Source: Octopus sinensis (Eukaryota). Taken from it: DNA of 64,000 bases. Of this stretch, positions 1-12,307 are shown piece by piece. The DNA lies in assembly GCF_006345805.1 (NCBI RefSeq), contig NC_043008.1:62930001-62994000 (forward strand), written 5' to 3'. Every line of letters begins with the position of its first letter. Position 1 is the stretch's first letter. The notes under the pieces were generated by a model. That model was not told where the DNA came from. It did not search any database and was given only the letters and a program-made list of their open reading frames with translations. A program made the translations under genes and the position numbers.

Positions 1-128
1 ATAAAAATAATTTTCTATGGCTAGATATGTTTCCCAGAACACTAGAAATAAATGACATTACCATGTAATGTCAGGCAAGGAAAAACAAACTAAACACGCA
101 GAGAAACACAGACGTGTATAATGCATAC

Positions 129-185
<57 letters not shown>

Positions 186-250
186 CACACACACACTCAC
201 AAAGACGTGACAAAAGTAAATAGACACACTTATAATCATTAGAATTTATA

Positions 251-2562
251 TCATCATCATCATCATCATCATCATCATTTAACGTCCGCTTTCCATGCTA
301 GCATGGGTTGGACGGTTCAACTGGGGTCTGGGGAGCCCGAAAGCTGCACCAGTCCAGTCAGATCTGGCAGTGTTTCTACAGCTGGATGCCCTTCCTAACG
401 CCAACCACTCCGAGAGTGTAGTGGGTGATTTTATGTGCCACCGACACAGGTGCCAGACGAGGCTGGCAAACGGCCATGCTCGGATGGTGTTTTTTATGTG
501 CCACCGAGACAGGTGCCAGATGAGGCTGGCAGACGGCCAAGCTCGGATGGTGTTTTTATGTGCCACCGACACAGGTGCCAGATGAGGCTGGCAAACGGCC
601 ACGATCGGATGGTGCTTGTTACGTGCCCACAGCACGGAGGCCAGTCGATGCGGTACTGGCTACGGCCACGTTCGGATGGTTTTATTGTGTGCCACGTGCC
701 ACCGGCACTGGTACCACAAAGATACAAATTCCATTGATGTTCATCTATTTTGATTTGTTTTGATTTTGATTTTCACTTGCCTCAACAGGTCTTCACAAGT
801 GTCACAAGAAGGAAGGTATGTACAGGTGGACTGACTACGTCCCAGGTAGGCCCACGGGTTATGACCTGACTAGTCTTGCTGGGTCTTCGGATGGTGTTTT
901 TTATGTGCCACTATGTTCCCACAGCACGGAGGCCAGTCGATGCGGTACTGGCTACGGCCACGTTCGGATGGTTTTCTTGTGTGCCACAGGCACTGGTACC
1001 ACAAAGATACAAATTCCATTGATGTTCATCTATTTTGATTGATTTTCACTTGCCTCAGCAGGTCTTCACAAGTGTCACAAGAAGGAAGGTATGCACAGGT
1101 GGATCGACTACGTCCCAGGTAGGGGCCACGGGATATGGCCTGACTAGTCCTGCCGGGTCCTCTCATGCACAGCACACTTCCATAGGACTCGGTCTTCAGT
1201 CATTTCTTTGGTGAGACCTAAAGTTCGAAGGTCGTGCTTCACCACCTCGTCCCAGGTTTTCCTGGGTCTACCTCTTCCACAGGTTCCCTCAACTGCTAGG
1301 GTGTAGCACTTTTGCACACAACTATCTTCAGCCATTCTCGTCACATGACCATACCAGCGCAGCCGTCTCTCTTGCACACCACAACTGACACTTCTTAGGT
1401 TCAACTTTTCTCTCAAAGTACTTACACTCTGACGATTATGAACACTGACATTACACATCCATCGGAGCATACTGGCTTCATTTCTTGCAAGCTTACGCAT
1501 ATCCTCAGCTGTCACGGCCCATGTTTCACTACCATGTAGCATGGCTGTACGTACACACGCATCATATAGTCTGCCTTTTACTCTTAGTGAGAGGCCTTTT
1601 GTCACCAGCAGGGGTAAGAGCTCTCTAAACTTTGCCCAGGCTATTCTTACTCTAGCAGTTACACTTTCAGCACACCCACCCCCGCTACTGACTTGGTCTC
1701 CTAGGTAGCGGAAGCTATCAACTACTTCTAGTTTGTCTCCCTGGAACGTGGTAGAAGTTGGTCTCTGCACATTTCCAGTGTTTATTTCTCTTGAGCATTG
1801 CCACAGACAAAAACTATTTTCTTAGTTAGCCTTCCTTTGACGTTGCTGCACCTCTTATGTGTCCATAGCTTACACTTGGTGCACCTTATAGAGTTTCTAC
1901 CTACACCTTTTTTACAGATCAAGCAGGGCCATCTACCTGAAGTCGTTTGTGGTTGGTCCACCTTCCTACTTATTAGGACTTTGGTTTTGGCTAGGTTGAT
2001 TCTAAGGCCCTTCGATTCTAATCCTTGTTTCCACACCTGAAACTTCTCCTCCAGTTCTGATAGTGACTCAGCAATTAGAGCAAGGTCATCAGCATATAGG
2101 AGCTCCCAGGGGATCCTGTCTTAAATTCTTCCGTTATTGCCTGGAGGACTATGATAAATAGGAGGGGGCTGAGGACTGAACCTTGGTGGACCCCAACCTC
2201 TACCCGGAATTCTTCACTGTACTCGTTGCCAACCCTCACCTTACTAGCTGCGTCTCTGTACATGGCTCGCACAGCTCTCACTAACCATTCATCTATCCCT
2301 AGTTTCCTCATTGACCACCAGATAAGGGATCGGGGGACCCTGTCAAAGGCTTTCTCTAAGTCAACAAAGCCAGGTACAAGGGCTTACCTTTGGCTAGGTA
2401 TTTCTCCTGCAGCTGTCTTACCAGGAATATAGCATCAGTAGTACTTTTCCTGGCACGAACCCAAACTGCATATCATCTAAGCTAACTCTCTCTCTAATTA
2501 ACTGGGCTATAACCCTCTCTGTAACCTTCATTACCTGATCCAACAGCTTGATGCCCCTGTAG
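251..2562 (-). mobile_element. RTE-clade LINE, copy 1 (5'-truncated, frameshifted ORF2, 3' UTR with one internal duplication, (GAT)n tail)
   Basis: Minus-strand ORF pieces 1144-1770, 1782-2036 and 2075-2311 are near-identical to the RT/C-terminal ORF of the 5006-6577 copy (GVHQGSVLSPLLF, LYDACVRTAMLHGSETW, GRGRPRKTW). The 3' end runs into (CAT)n at 251-278 on the plus strand. Confidence 0.93.
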
Positions 2563-2609
2563 ATCTGAAATTATGTATTAAAATTATTTATTAATTGCTA
2601 TAATGTGAA

Positions 2610-2815
2610 TATTTAATATTTAGTAGATATACCCCTTACAGTTTTCAATGCAAGGACCCAATTAGGCATGCTACCGATCAGATGGTGAATATTCTCTTGA
2701 GGAATTTCTTGCCAAGTTTCATGCAATAATCTCAAAAGATCTGGCTTTGAAGATGCTTTCTTGTTCGTGTTATGAAGTCTCCTGTCCATCATGCTCCAGA
2801 GGTGTTCAATAAGAG
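2610..2815 (-). mobile_element. Tc1-family transposase C-terminal fragment
   Basis: Minus-strand translation SLIEHLWSMMDRRLHNTNKKASSKPDLLRLLHETWQEIPQENIHHLIGSMPNWVLALKTVRGISTKY* matches the Tc1 PIEHLW...L...W..IP....LI.SMP.R..A....G..TKY C-terminus. Confidence 0.8.
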
Positions 2816-2930
2816 ACTGATAGAATAAGTACTAGGCTTACAGAGAATAAGCTCTGGGGTCTATCTGCTTGACTAAAGGTGGTGCTCCAGCATGGCCGAA
2901 GTCAAATGACTGAAACAAGTAAAAGAAATA
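2812..2930 (+). mobile_element. SINE family 1, 3' fragment
   Basis: gatagaataagtactaggcttac...gctccagcatggccgaagtcaaatgactgaaacaagtaaaaga, the same 3' half as the full-length copies at 16411 and 18482. Confidence 0.85.
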
Positions 2931-2941
2931 CGTATATATAT

Positions 2942-5900
2942 ATCATCATCATCATCATCCTCATTTAACGTCCGCTTTCCATGCTAGCATGGGTTGGACG
3001 GTTCAACTGGAGTCTGGGGAGCCCGAAGGCTGCACCAGGCCAGTCAGATCTGGCAGTGTTTCTACAGCTGGATGCCCTTCCTAACGCCAACACTCCGAGA
3101 GTGTAGTGGGTGATTTTATGTGCCACACGACACAGGTGCCAGATGAGGCTGGCAAACGGCCACGCTCGGATGGTGTTTTTTATGTGCCACCGACAAGGTG
3201 CCAGACGAGGCTGGCAGACGGCCACGCTCGGATGGTGTTTTTTATGTGCCACCGACACAAGTGCCAGATGAGGCTGGCGAACGGCCACGATCGGATGGTG
3301 CTTGTTACGTGCCCACAGCACGGAGGCCAGTCGATGCGGTACTGGCTACGGCCACGTTCGGATGGTTTTCTCGTGTGCCACCGGCACTGGTACCACAAAG
3401 ATACAAATTCCATTGATGTTCATCTATTTTGATTTGGTTTGATTTTCACTTGCCTCAACAGGTTCACAACTGTCACACACTTGCCTCAACAGGTCTTCAC
3501 AAGTGTCACATACTTGCCTCAACAGGTCTTCACAAGTGTCATAAGAAGGAAGGTATGCACAGGTGGACTGACTATGTCCCAGGTAGGGGCCACGGGTTAT
3601 GGCCTGACTAGACTTGCCGGGTTTTGGATGGTGTTTTTTATGTGCCACCAACACAGGTGCCAGATGAGGCTGGCAAACGGCCACGATCGGATGGTGTTTG
3701 TTACGTGCCCACAGCACGGAGGCCAGTCGATGTGGTACTGGCTACCACCACGTTCGGATGGTTTTCTTGTGTGCCACCGGCATTGGTACCACAAAGATAC
3801 AAATTCCATTGATTTCATATTTGATTTGTTTTGATTTGATTTGATTTGATTATGATTATTATTATTATTATTATACTTGCCTCAACAGGCCTTCACAAGT
3901 GTCATTTGATTTGATTAGCACTTGCCTCAACAGGTCTTCACAAGTGTCATAAGAAGGGAGGTATGCACAGGTGGACTGACTACGTCCCAGGAAAGGGCCA
4001 CGGGCTATGGCCTGACTAGTCTTGCCGGGTCTTCGGACAGGTGCCAGATGAGGCTGGTGAACGGCCACGATCGGATGGCGTTTGTTATGTGCCCACAGCA
4101 CGGAGGCCAGTCAATGCGGTACTGGCTACAGCCACGTTCGGATGGTTTTCTTGTGTGCCACCGGCACTGGTACCACAGAGATACAGATTCCATTGATGTT
4201 CATCTATTTTGATTTGTTTTGATTTTTTGATTTGTTGATTTTTTGATTTTCACTTGCCTCAACAGGTCTTCACAAGTGTCACAAGAAGGAAGGTATGCAC
4301 AGGTGGACTGACTACGTCCCAGGTAGGGGCCACCACGATCGGATGGTGTTTGTTATGTGCCCACATCACAGAGGCCAGTCGATGCGGTACTGGCTACGGC
4401 CACGTTCGGATGGTTCTCTTGTGTGCCACCGGTACTGGTACCACAAAGATACAAATTCCATTGATGTTCATCTATTTTCATTTGGTTTGATTTTCACTTG
4501 CCTCAACAGGTCTTCACAAGTGTCACACACTTGCCTCTGCCTCAACAGGTCTTCACAAAGTGTCACACACTTGCCTCTGCCTCAACAGGTCTTCACAAGT
4601 GTCATAAGAAGGAAGGTATGCACAGGTGGACTGACTATGTCCCAGGTAGGGGCCACGGGTTATGGCCTGACTAGTCTTGCCGGGTCTTTGGATGGTGTTT
4701 TTATGTGCCACCAACACAGGTGCCAGATGAGGCTGGCGAACGGCCACGATCGGATGGTGTTTGTTGTGCCCACAGCACGGAGGCCAGTCGATGCAGTACT
4801 GGCTACGGCCACGTTCGGGTGGTTTTCTTGTGTGCCACCGGCACTGGTACCACAAAGATACAAATTCCATTGATGTTCATCTATTTGGATTTGTTTTGAT
4901 TTGATTTTCACTTGCCTCAACAGGTCTTCATAAGTGTCACAAGAAGGAAGGTATGCACAGGTGGACTGACTACGTCCCAGGTAGGGGCCACGGGTTATGG
5001 CCTGACTAGTCTTGCCGGGTCTTCTCACGCACAGCATACTTCCATAGGTCTCGGTCTCTAGACATTTCCTTAGTGAGACCTAAAGTTCGAAGGTCGTGCT
5101 TCACCACCTCGTCCCAGGTTTTCCTGGGTCTACCTCTTCCACAGGTTCCCTCAACTGCTAGGGTGTAGCACTTTTGCACACAACTATCTTCAGCCTTTCT
5201 CGTCACATGACCATACCAGCACAGCCGTCTCTCTTGCACACCACAACTGACACTTCTTAGGTTCAACTTTTCTCTCAAAGTACTTACACTCTGACGATTA
5301 TGAACACTGACATTACACATCCATCGGAGCATACTGGCTTCATTTCTTGCGAGCTTACGCATATCCTCAGCAGTCACGGCCCATGTTTCACTACCATGTA
5401 TCATGGCTGTACGTACACATGCATCATACAGTCTGCCTTTTACTCTGAGCGAGAGCCCTTTTGTCACCAGCAGGGGTAAGAGCTCTCTAAACTTTGCCCA
5501 GGCTATTCTTACTCTAGCAGTTACACTTTCAGCACACCCACCCCCGCTACTGACTTGGTCTCCTAGGTAGCGGAAGCTATCAACTACTTCTAGTTTGTCT
5601 CCCTGGAACGTGGCAGAAGTTGGTCTCTGCACATTTCCAGTGTTTATTGCTCCTGAGCATTTGCCACAGACAAAAACTATTTTCCTAGTTAGCCTTCCTT
5701 TGACATTGCTGCACCTCTTATGTGTCCATAGCTTACACTTGGTGCATCGTATAGAGTTTCTACCTACACCTTTTTTACAGATCGAGCAGGGCCATCTACC
5801 TGAAGGCGTTTGTGATTGATCTACCTTCCTACTTATTAGGACATTGGTTTCGGCTAGGATGATTCTAAGGCCCTTCGATTCTAATCCTTGTTTCCACACC

Positions 5901-6626
5901 TGAAACTTCTCCTCCAGTTCTGATAGTGACTCAGCAATTAGAGCAAGGTCATCAGCATAGAGGAGCTCCCAGTGGCATCCTGTCTTGAATTCCTCCGTTA
6001 TTGCCTGGAGGACTATAATAAATAGGAGGGGACTGAGGACTGAACCTTGGTGGACCCCAACCTCTACCCGGAATTCTTCACTGTACTCGTTGCCAACCCT
6101 CACCTTACTAGCTGCGCCTCTGTACATGGCTCGCACAGCTCTCACCAAACATTCATCTATCCCTAGTTTCCTCATTGACCACCAGATAAGGGATCGGGGG
6201 ACCCTGTCAAAGGCTTTCTCTAAGTCAACAAAAGCCAGGTACAAGGGCTTATCTTTGGCTAGGTATTTCTCCTGCAGCTGTCTTACCAGGAATATAGCAT
6301 CAGTAGTACTTTTCCCTGGTACGAACCCAAACTGCATATCATCTAAGCTAACTCTCTCTCTAATTAGTTGGCCTATAACCCTCTCTGTAACCTTCATTAC
6401 CTGATCCAGCAGCGTGATGCCCCTGTAGTTATTTGTCTCTAGGGCATCGCCTTTACCTTTGTAGCAGTTGACTATTATGCTGCTACACCAGTCATTGGGT
6501 ATGACCCCCTCGTGTATCACCTGGTTAACTATACGGGTGACTAAGCTATGGCCGACACCACCAGATATTTTGAGCATCTCTGCAGTAATTCCTGATGGGC
6601 CTGGGGCTTTCCCTGTTTTGGCTGTG
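2942..6626 (-). mobile_element. RTE-clade LINE, copy 2 (5'-truncated inside ORF2, no endonuclease domain; 3' UTR amplified about 5-fold)
   Basis: Open RT ORF 5006-6577. 3' UTR units restart at the ORF-end motif cccggcaagactagtcagg near 5020, 4685, 4030 and 3620. (CAT)n tail at 2942-2962. Confidence 0.95.
5006..6577 (-). CDS. RTE LINE ORF2 fragment: reverse transcriptase + PHD-type zinc finger + C-terminal domain (523 aa, open; frame extends to about 6625)
   Basis: KGKGDALETNNYRGITLL, QFGFVPGKSTTDAIF, AFVDLEKAFDRVP, GVHQGSVLSPLLF, LLYADDLAL, FRYLG and RLCWYGHV motifs. C-x2-C-x10-C-x2-C-x4-H-x2-C-x14-C-x2-C at 5657-5788. Confidence 0.93.
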   Translation of the reverse strand: MLKISGGVGHSLVTRIVNQVIHEGVIPNDWCSSIIVNCYKGKGDALETNNYRGITLLDQVMKVTERVIGQLIRERVSLDDMQFGFVPGKSTTDAIFLVRQLQEKYLAKDKPLYLAFVDLEKAFDRVPRSLIWWSMRKLGIDECLVRAVRAMYRGAASKVRVGNEYSEEFRVEVGVHQGSVLSPLLFIIVLQAITEEFKTGCHWELLYADDLALIAESLSELEEKFQVWKQGLESKGLRIILAETNVLISRKVDQSQTPSGRWPCSICKKGVGRNSIRCTKCKLWTHKRCSNVKGRLTRKIVFVCGKCSGAINTGNVQRPTSATFQGDKLEVVDSFRYLGDQVSSGGGCAESVTARVRIAWAKFRELLPLLVTKGLSLRVKGRLYDACVRTAMIHGSETWAVTAEDMRKLARNEASMLRWMCNVSVHNRQSVSTLREKLNLRSVSCGVQERRLCWYGHVTRKAEDSCVQKCYTLAVEGTCGRGRPRKTWDEVVKHDLRTLGLTKEMSRDRDLWKYAVREKTRQD

Positions 6627-7510
6627 GATTAACCCTACTAACATGCTAGAAATAGACACTAAATAGTTTTATAACCACTTCAATATTCCATTAGCACATG
6701 TTGTACACGGGCAGATGAAAGATTAAATGTAAACTTATTTCAAACTTAGTGTTATAAAACAGCCTGTTATCATCAGTAGAATATGTCGAAGTATATATAT
6801 ATGCAAATATCTATACATACTCATACAAACACAATATTCACATAGCCATGTACATACATTTACATGTAGACACTAGTAAAAAAAAAATATTTTTCTTCTC
6901 ATATCAACCACATACATTTTTTTTATCAAAATAATCTCGCAGCAAATGCAATTTGATCAGGAGCAAAAAAGTATATATTTTTAATATAGAATTAAGGATA
7001 AAATCACTATAATGATTTTATCAAGTGGCCAGCATGAAATAAAACCTTATAGGTAACATATTTTATACTATAAGGTTTCTATTTCACTCTGGCCACTTGA
7101 TAAAATCTTTAAAGAGATTTTATCCTTAAATCCATATCAAAAATATATTTTTTTTTTGCTCCTGATCAAATTGAATTTGCTGGGAGATTATTTTGATAAA
7201 AAAATACACCTGGTTGAGATAAGATTTAAAAAATGTACTTTTTACTAGTGTATACATGTAAATGTATGTATATGGTTATGTAATTATGGTTTTCATATGG
7301 GTATGTATAGATATTTACATATATATATTTCAACATATTGTACTGATGATAACAGGGTGTTTTATAACACTAAGTTTGAAATCGATTTACATTTAATCAG
7401 AAAATCTTATTCATTTTTTCATCTGTCCACCTACAACCTGTGCTAATGGAGTATTAAAGTGGTTTTAAAACTATTTGGTGTCTATTTCTAACGTGTTGGT
7501 GGGGTTAATC
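6627..7510. mobile_element. ~880-bp imperfect palindrome; Penelope-like fold-back element with a hammerhead motif in each arm
   Basis: Left arm gattaaccctactaacatgctagaaatagacac... is the reverse complement of the right arm ...gtgtctatttctaacgtgttggtggggttaatc. Differences are mostly transitions. The central sequence is repeated again at about 7563-7630. Confidence 0.8.
7339..7391 (+). ncRNA. Minimal type-I hammerhead ribozyme motif (AUU triplet; degenerate mirror copy at 6728-6780, minus strand)
   Basis: TGTA-CTGATGA-taac...gttt-GAAA-TCG-ATT-TACA: 4-bp helix I, palindromic helix III ATCGAT, helix II with a T.T closing mismatch. Confidence 0.55.
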
Positions 7511-7653
7511 TGCACCCTTTAATATTATTTTTTATATAATTATAATTTAGTATAAAAATGTTACCTATAAGATTTTTATTTCATGTTGGCCACTTGATAA
7601 AACTGTTAGTGATTTTATCCTTAATTCTAAATATATATATATATATGCATGTA

Positions 7654-7718
<65 letters not shown>

Positions 7719-9329
7719 CATATATATATATATATGTGTGTGTGTGTGCTGGACATTTTCAGTTTCCATCTATCAAATCTAATCACAAGTCTTTGTTTCC
7801 CCTGTGTCCAAAATAGAAGATGCTTGCTTGAGCTGCTGTACAGTGTGACTGAACACAAAACTATATTTTGGAACACACAACCATTCCTGAGTCTATAAAA
7901 TTTGCATAGAATATGTCTTATATCTCTTCTATTTAATATTTACCTATCTGTCCCTAAGTACAACTTATAAAGAAATAAATCAAAATGAACATTTTAATAT
8001 CTAATCTTGGAACAGTAACAAGGAATGTATCACAGCTCTCTCAACCCATGAACAGTGGAAATAGCTCCAAAATTTTATTAATGAATTCAAGGTATTACTG
8101 TAAAACTGAAGAAATGGTTTGACAACATGTTAGATCATGACATCGATAAAATGTAAGTTGTGTCTGTAAACAAATTTGGGAATAGAGGTATTTGAGGTTT
8201 ATACAAAACACAATGGTGTTAAATTCTATAATGTTATGTATATAGGAGTCGGAGCCAAGAGTGTTATAAATAATCAGATTAAGAAACTCTTACAAGAATC
8301 AAATCTCTGTATCAAAGTTTTAAAAGAAACAAACGGATTGCAATTACAGTATGGTAAACCCATACATGGCATTTAAACACACACAAAAGCTGTTTAGTTT
8401 CACTAAGATTTTTGACACGAGAAGATAAATGATTGAATAAAATTCACAGGTTTTGTGTGGCTTTAGATGTTTAATATGTCTCCTACATTGTAATTGCTTT
8501 AGTTTCATTATAGTCTCAGATCAAATCACTTATCAGACATGTAGATCTCCAAAATAAATGGATTTATTAATTGTAAATCTTAATATTTTGATAACATATA
8601 TGTAGAACAAATTGCTATACGTAATGTACTATTATCTACATATCAGCTGCAAGAAGAGAACAATTATGTATTAAATAAAATGTAATATGCTTATCTTACT
8701 GAAACATATAGAAGAGACATCTTGGCTGCATAGGTGAAAGATTTGAAGATCATTGGTTTAAATATATTGTCTGGAAATATATTGGTTGAAAAACCTCAGG
8801 TATATTCTCTTAAAATTCACAAGACAAGCGTTATGGATCAGTTAATATAATTTCTGTGAATGCAATAAGAACTTATCGTAAAGTGAAGATTAGTAAGTTT
8901 AAAGTTAACGCTAAGTGCGGCAACACTTTTGCACTTTACTTCAAGTGTTAGTATCACCATAATACATACTGTATATCTAATAGATATTTTTAAAGATATA
9001 TTTATGTATATCATCTAAAAATACTAGTTGTTACATATGAGACACTCATTCAAAAAACTAGAAATCTTCCTTAAGTTATAGTCTACAATAATTCATCAAT
9101 TTATCTTTTCCACCCATTATTCCTGCAAGGAATGGTGGTTGAGTTCTCAAGCAGCTTCTTCATAACGTCCTTTCACCATATGTAACATTATTAGGCATAC
9201 CAGCTGGTTTCCTAAGATTGACCACCTAAGATATTGAATATTATCCAAACATCACAATTTTGGTCTTGAGAACATTGGATAAAATAGTCCAGGATGCAAT
9301 ACAACTGCCAGAAAAATGAAATAAACATG

Positions 9330-9707
9330 GCTAGACTGGATTTATCAACAAGATAATGCTACAATCCATAATGCTTGTAAGCCAAAGGATTTCTTCAGAA
9401 TAAATAACATTTATCTTTTGAATGATCTTTCATGTTCTCTTGAGCTACACCCATTCGAAAGTCCTTGGTGATGGATGGCAAGAGATGTTTACAAAAATGG
9501 AATGCAATTTGAGACTGTGGATACTCTTCATCAGGCAGTCTTCACCTCAGCTACAAACTATTGATCCCCTTTGTTTACTATTTATTCATTGTTTTTGTCT
9601 TTTTTTTATTTGTTATGGTTTTAAACTTTTGACCAGGTAAAATATTGTTAGTTTCCAAACAATGCATGTTTTTAGCATTAAATATTAAACATTTCTTGAG
9701 GTGTCTG
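9330..9707 (+). mobile_element. Tc1/Tc3-like transposon relic (DD34E region and right TIR)
   Basis: DWIYQQDNATIHNACKPKDFFRINNIYLLNDLSCSLELHPFESPW*WMARDVYKNGMQFETVDTLHQAVF. Ends ...ttcttgaggtgtctg followed by TA. Confidence 0.8.
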
Positions 9708-9804
9708 TATAATGAATCTATAATGAAAAATAGTGGAATATATCGGTCTGCATGGAATTAATTTCAGTAGTTTTTGCCCTGGTCTTAATATTTTGTCCTG
9801 CAGT

Positions 9805-9841
<37 letters not shown>

Positions 9842-9885
9842 TGCGTATATATATATATATATATATATATGTGTATGTATGTATG

Positions 9886-10195
9886 GAGGCGCAATGGCCT
9901 AGTGATTAGGGCAGCGGACTCGCGGTCGTAGGATCGCGGTTTCAATTCCCAGACCGGGCGTTGTGAGTGTTTATTGAGCGAAAACACCTAAAGCTCCACG
10001 AGGCTTCGGCAGGGGGTGGTGGCGATCCCTGCTGTACTCTTTCACCACAACTTTCTCTCACTCTTTCTTCTGTTGGCCTGCTCGCTTAGCCAGCGGGGTG
10101 GCGTCATTTGAAGGCTAAAACAATGTGAAGCGCATTGTGACCAGCGATGTGTAACAACATCTGATAGCCTGGTCGGTCACGGTGATCACGGTGAT
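9886..10195 (+). mobile_element. tRNA-derived SINE family 3 (full length)
   Basis: Head gaggcgcaatggcctagtgattagggcagcggactcgcggtcgtaggatcgcggtttcaattccc has Pol III A and B boxes. Related copies at 12308, 26224 and 55448. Inserted in a (TA)/(CA) run. Confidence 0.85.
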
Positions 10196-10196
10196 G

Positions 10197-10235
<39 letters not shown>

Positions 10236-10711
10236 GCACATATGTATACACACACAAACACACACACACACATATATATATACACACATATATATGTGTG
10301 TGTATGTTGTGTATGGGGACATATCTATATATTTATATATATATCAGAAGAAAGAAGGGATTAAAAAATCCAGGCAGATATCAATAAAGCACTCAGTTTC
10401 AAGTGAATTTGGTTAACTATATCCAATAATCAGACACACATGCATTCTCTTATTTGTACTTGTTTCAGTGACCGAACTATTGTGTGGCCATGCAGGAGCA
10501 CAACCTCAATGAACAGTGAAAAATTTGTGCTCAGTCTTTTTTGATGCTTAAATCTGTCACTCGGCACATAGGTTCTTTTGGCAAGCCACTATGTCCCAGG
10601 AATGTGAACAGACAACATGGGTTGTCAAACAGTATGGGGACAAACACACACATACATATCCATACACAGACACAAATACAATGACCACTCACATCGATAG
10701 ATAGATAGATA

Positions 10712-11330
10712 TGTTTCTTTATTAGCTACACAGGGCTGAACACAGAGGGGACAAATTACAAATTAGATCTTTTCTTTTTGGGGAGAAAAAAAAGAAAACA
10801 ATGGGTAGGTTTTCAATTAAAAGGGATCATATAAAAAAAAACGATCAATAGGGATCGTGTATCACAGAAATGTCATGATGTAAAGTGTAAAGGGGGAAAC
10901 AGATAAGGTTTATCCACGGAAAGAAAAGCCTACAGAAAAGACCACAGTAACCTCAGTCAATAATGTCACGTGTTAACACATTTATTTGCAAGTAAGTAAC
11001 TCTGTTTTAAATTTTTCCAGGTTCATAGGATTATGCTCAAGGTGGCTTCGTCATTCATACGTGCCATTTGCTTCTTTCACCCATCTTTTTTTGAAACATT
11101 CACGAGACAAAACTTGCCTCTCTACTCTCACTTTCCTTTACAAGTGATACTTGAAGAAGTTGATGAGAGATTGACCAGAGAGGAAAGTGTTTGTCTCGAA
11201 TCCTTTCAGATGCATCCACCAGATACATTCTTTTGCCATAGCCACAAGAATGATGAAAATAGCTCTTCCTTCCCGTTTGAAGGAAGGAGGCATGACGATA
11301 TTGACGATAGACTCAGCTGATAAACCGACT
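10712..11330 (-). mobile_element. L1/Tx1-clade LINE 3' fragment (ORF2 C-terminus + 3' UTR + AATAAA)
   Basis: Minus strand reads VGLSAESIVNIVMPPSFKREGRAIFIILVAMAKECIWWMHLKGFETNTFLSGQSLINFFKYHL*RKVRVERQVLSRECFKKRW, a pattern typical of Tx1/L1 ORF2 ends. Terminates ...agccctgtgtagctaataaagaaac. Confidence 0.7.
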
Positions 11331-12307
11331 CATTAGATAGACAGATAGACAGAGAGATAGAATGAGCTTCTTTCAGTGTCTTTCAACAAAATCTATTCAC
11401 AAGGATTTGTTCATGTAGAAGTAACTTGCTGAAGGTACCATGCATTGAAACTGAACCTCAAGTCACTTGGTTAGGAAGCAAGTTTCTTCATCACACAGCC
11501 ACGTGAACACCTATCCTATTGAAAATTTATTTTTGATGGTTTTTGTGCTGTAAGCTTGAGATAGAGCTCATTCATTGTTAAACCATTTATTTTGTCCACC
11601 CATTCAGGCATTTAGTTTACACAATAAATTTCAAGTTGCTATTCAGGCAGAAAACATCATTTATTTAATTTTTTTTTTATATGGAATATGACATTACCAG
11701 TCACTTCTCTCATCATCTCTTGTTATTGTTATGCATATGGAAAGGCAAGAAATAGCTGAATTGCTAATTTACTGAATTTCTTTACAATTTTATTTTTGTT
11801 TCTGCTTTTAGTTTTACCATATTTCCAGCTTTTGTATATTCTACTCAGGAGGAATTCAACAGCAAATTCAAAGCTCTAAATATCTTGAATAATTGATTAA
11901 AAAAAAAAAATGGCTCCTTTAACATGAAGTATCCATATCGTTTGTTACAATGAATAAGAATTTTTTAAACAATATTTAGAAATTAAGCTGCTTTTTATTC
12001 ACACCATTGACTTCTGAAAGCTATCTAATAATGAATTGTTCTTTGCAACAAATAATAATAATGTTTAAGAGAAAGTCTAACAGAATTTAAATGTAACATT
12101 ATTAATAACGTAACACAATCCAACAGGTATTTTGTTGTCAAGGTGTTTTTACCTGATTTGAAGGGGTTTTGATTTGCTGAAACCAAAATAGAACCCGTTT
12201 TTTATCATCATGTCTAGATTTCAAAATACCTAAATCTCTCCATCATCAGTGGTTGATATACATACACTTTAAGATGGTTACTTTTCTCCCGGGGAATGAG
12301 GTGGATA

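Noticed and set aside
570-605. Hammerhead-like string cagatgaggctggcaaacggcc in the RTE UTR repeat
   Set aside because: No valid helix II, GAAA is incomplete, and there is no NUH site.
2624-2684. Apparent plus-strand exon with AG/GT boundaries
   Set aside because: It is the antisense of a Tc1 transposase C-terminus.
279-5037. Numerous 60-190-aa ORFs on both strands
   Set aside because: Chance frames in the GC-rich, tandemly repeated RTE 3' UTR.
9886-9960. tRNA-like sequences at SINE heads (also 18482, 51477, 55132)
   Set aside because: They continue into SINE bodies and lack a complete cloverleaf; they are SINE promoters, not tRNA genes.
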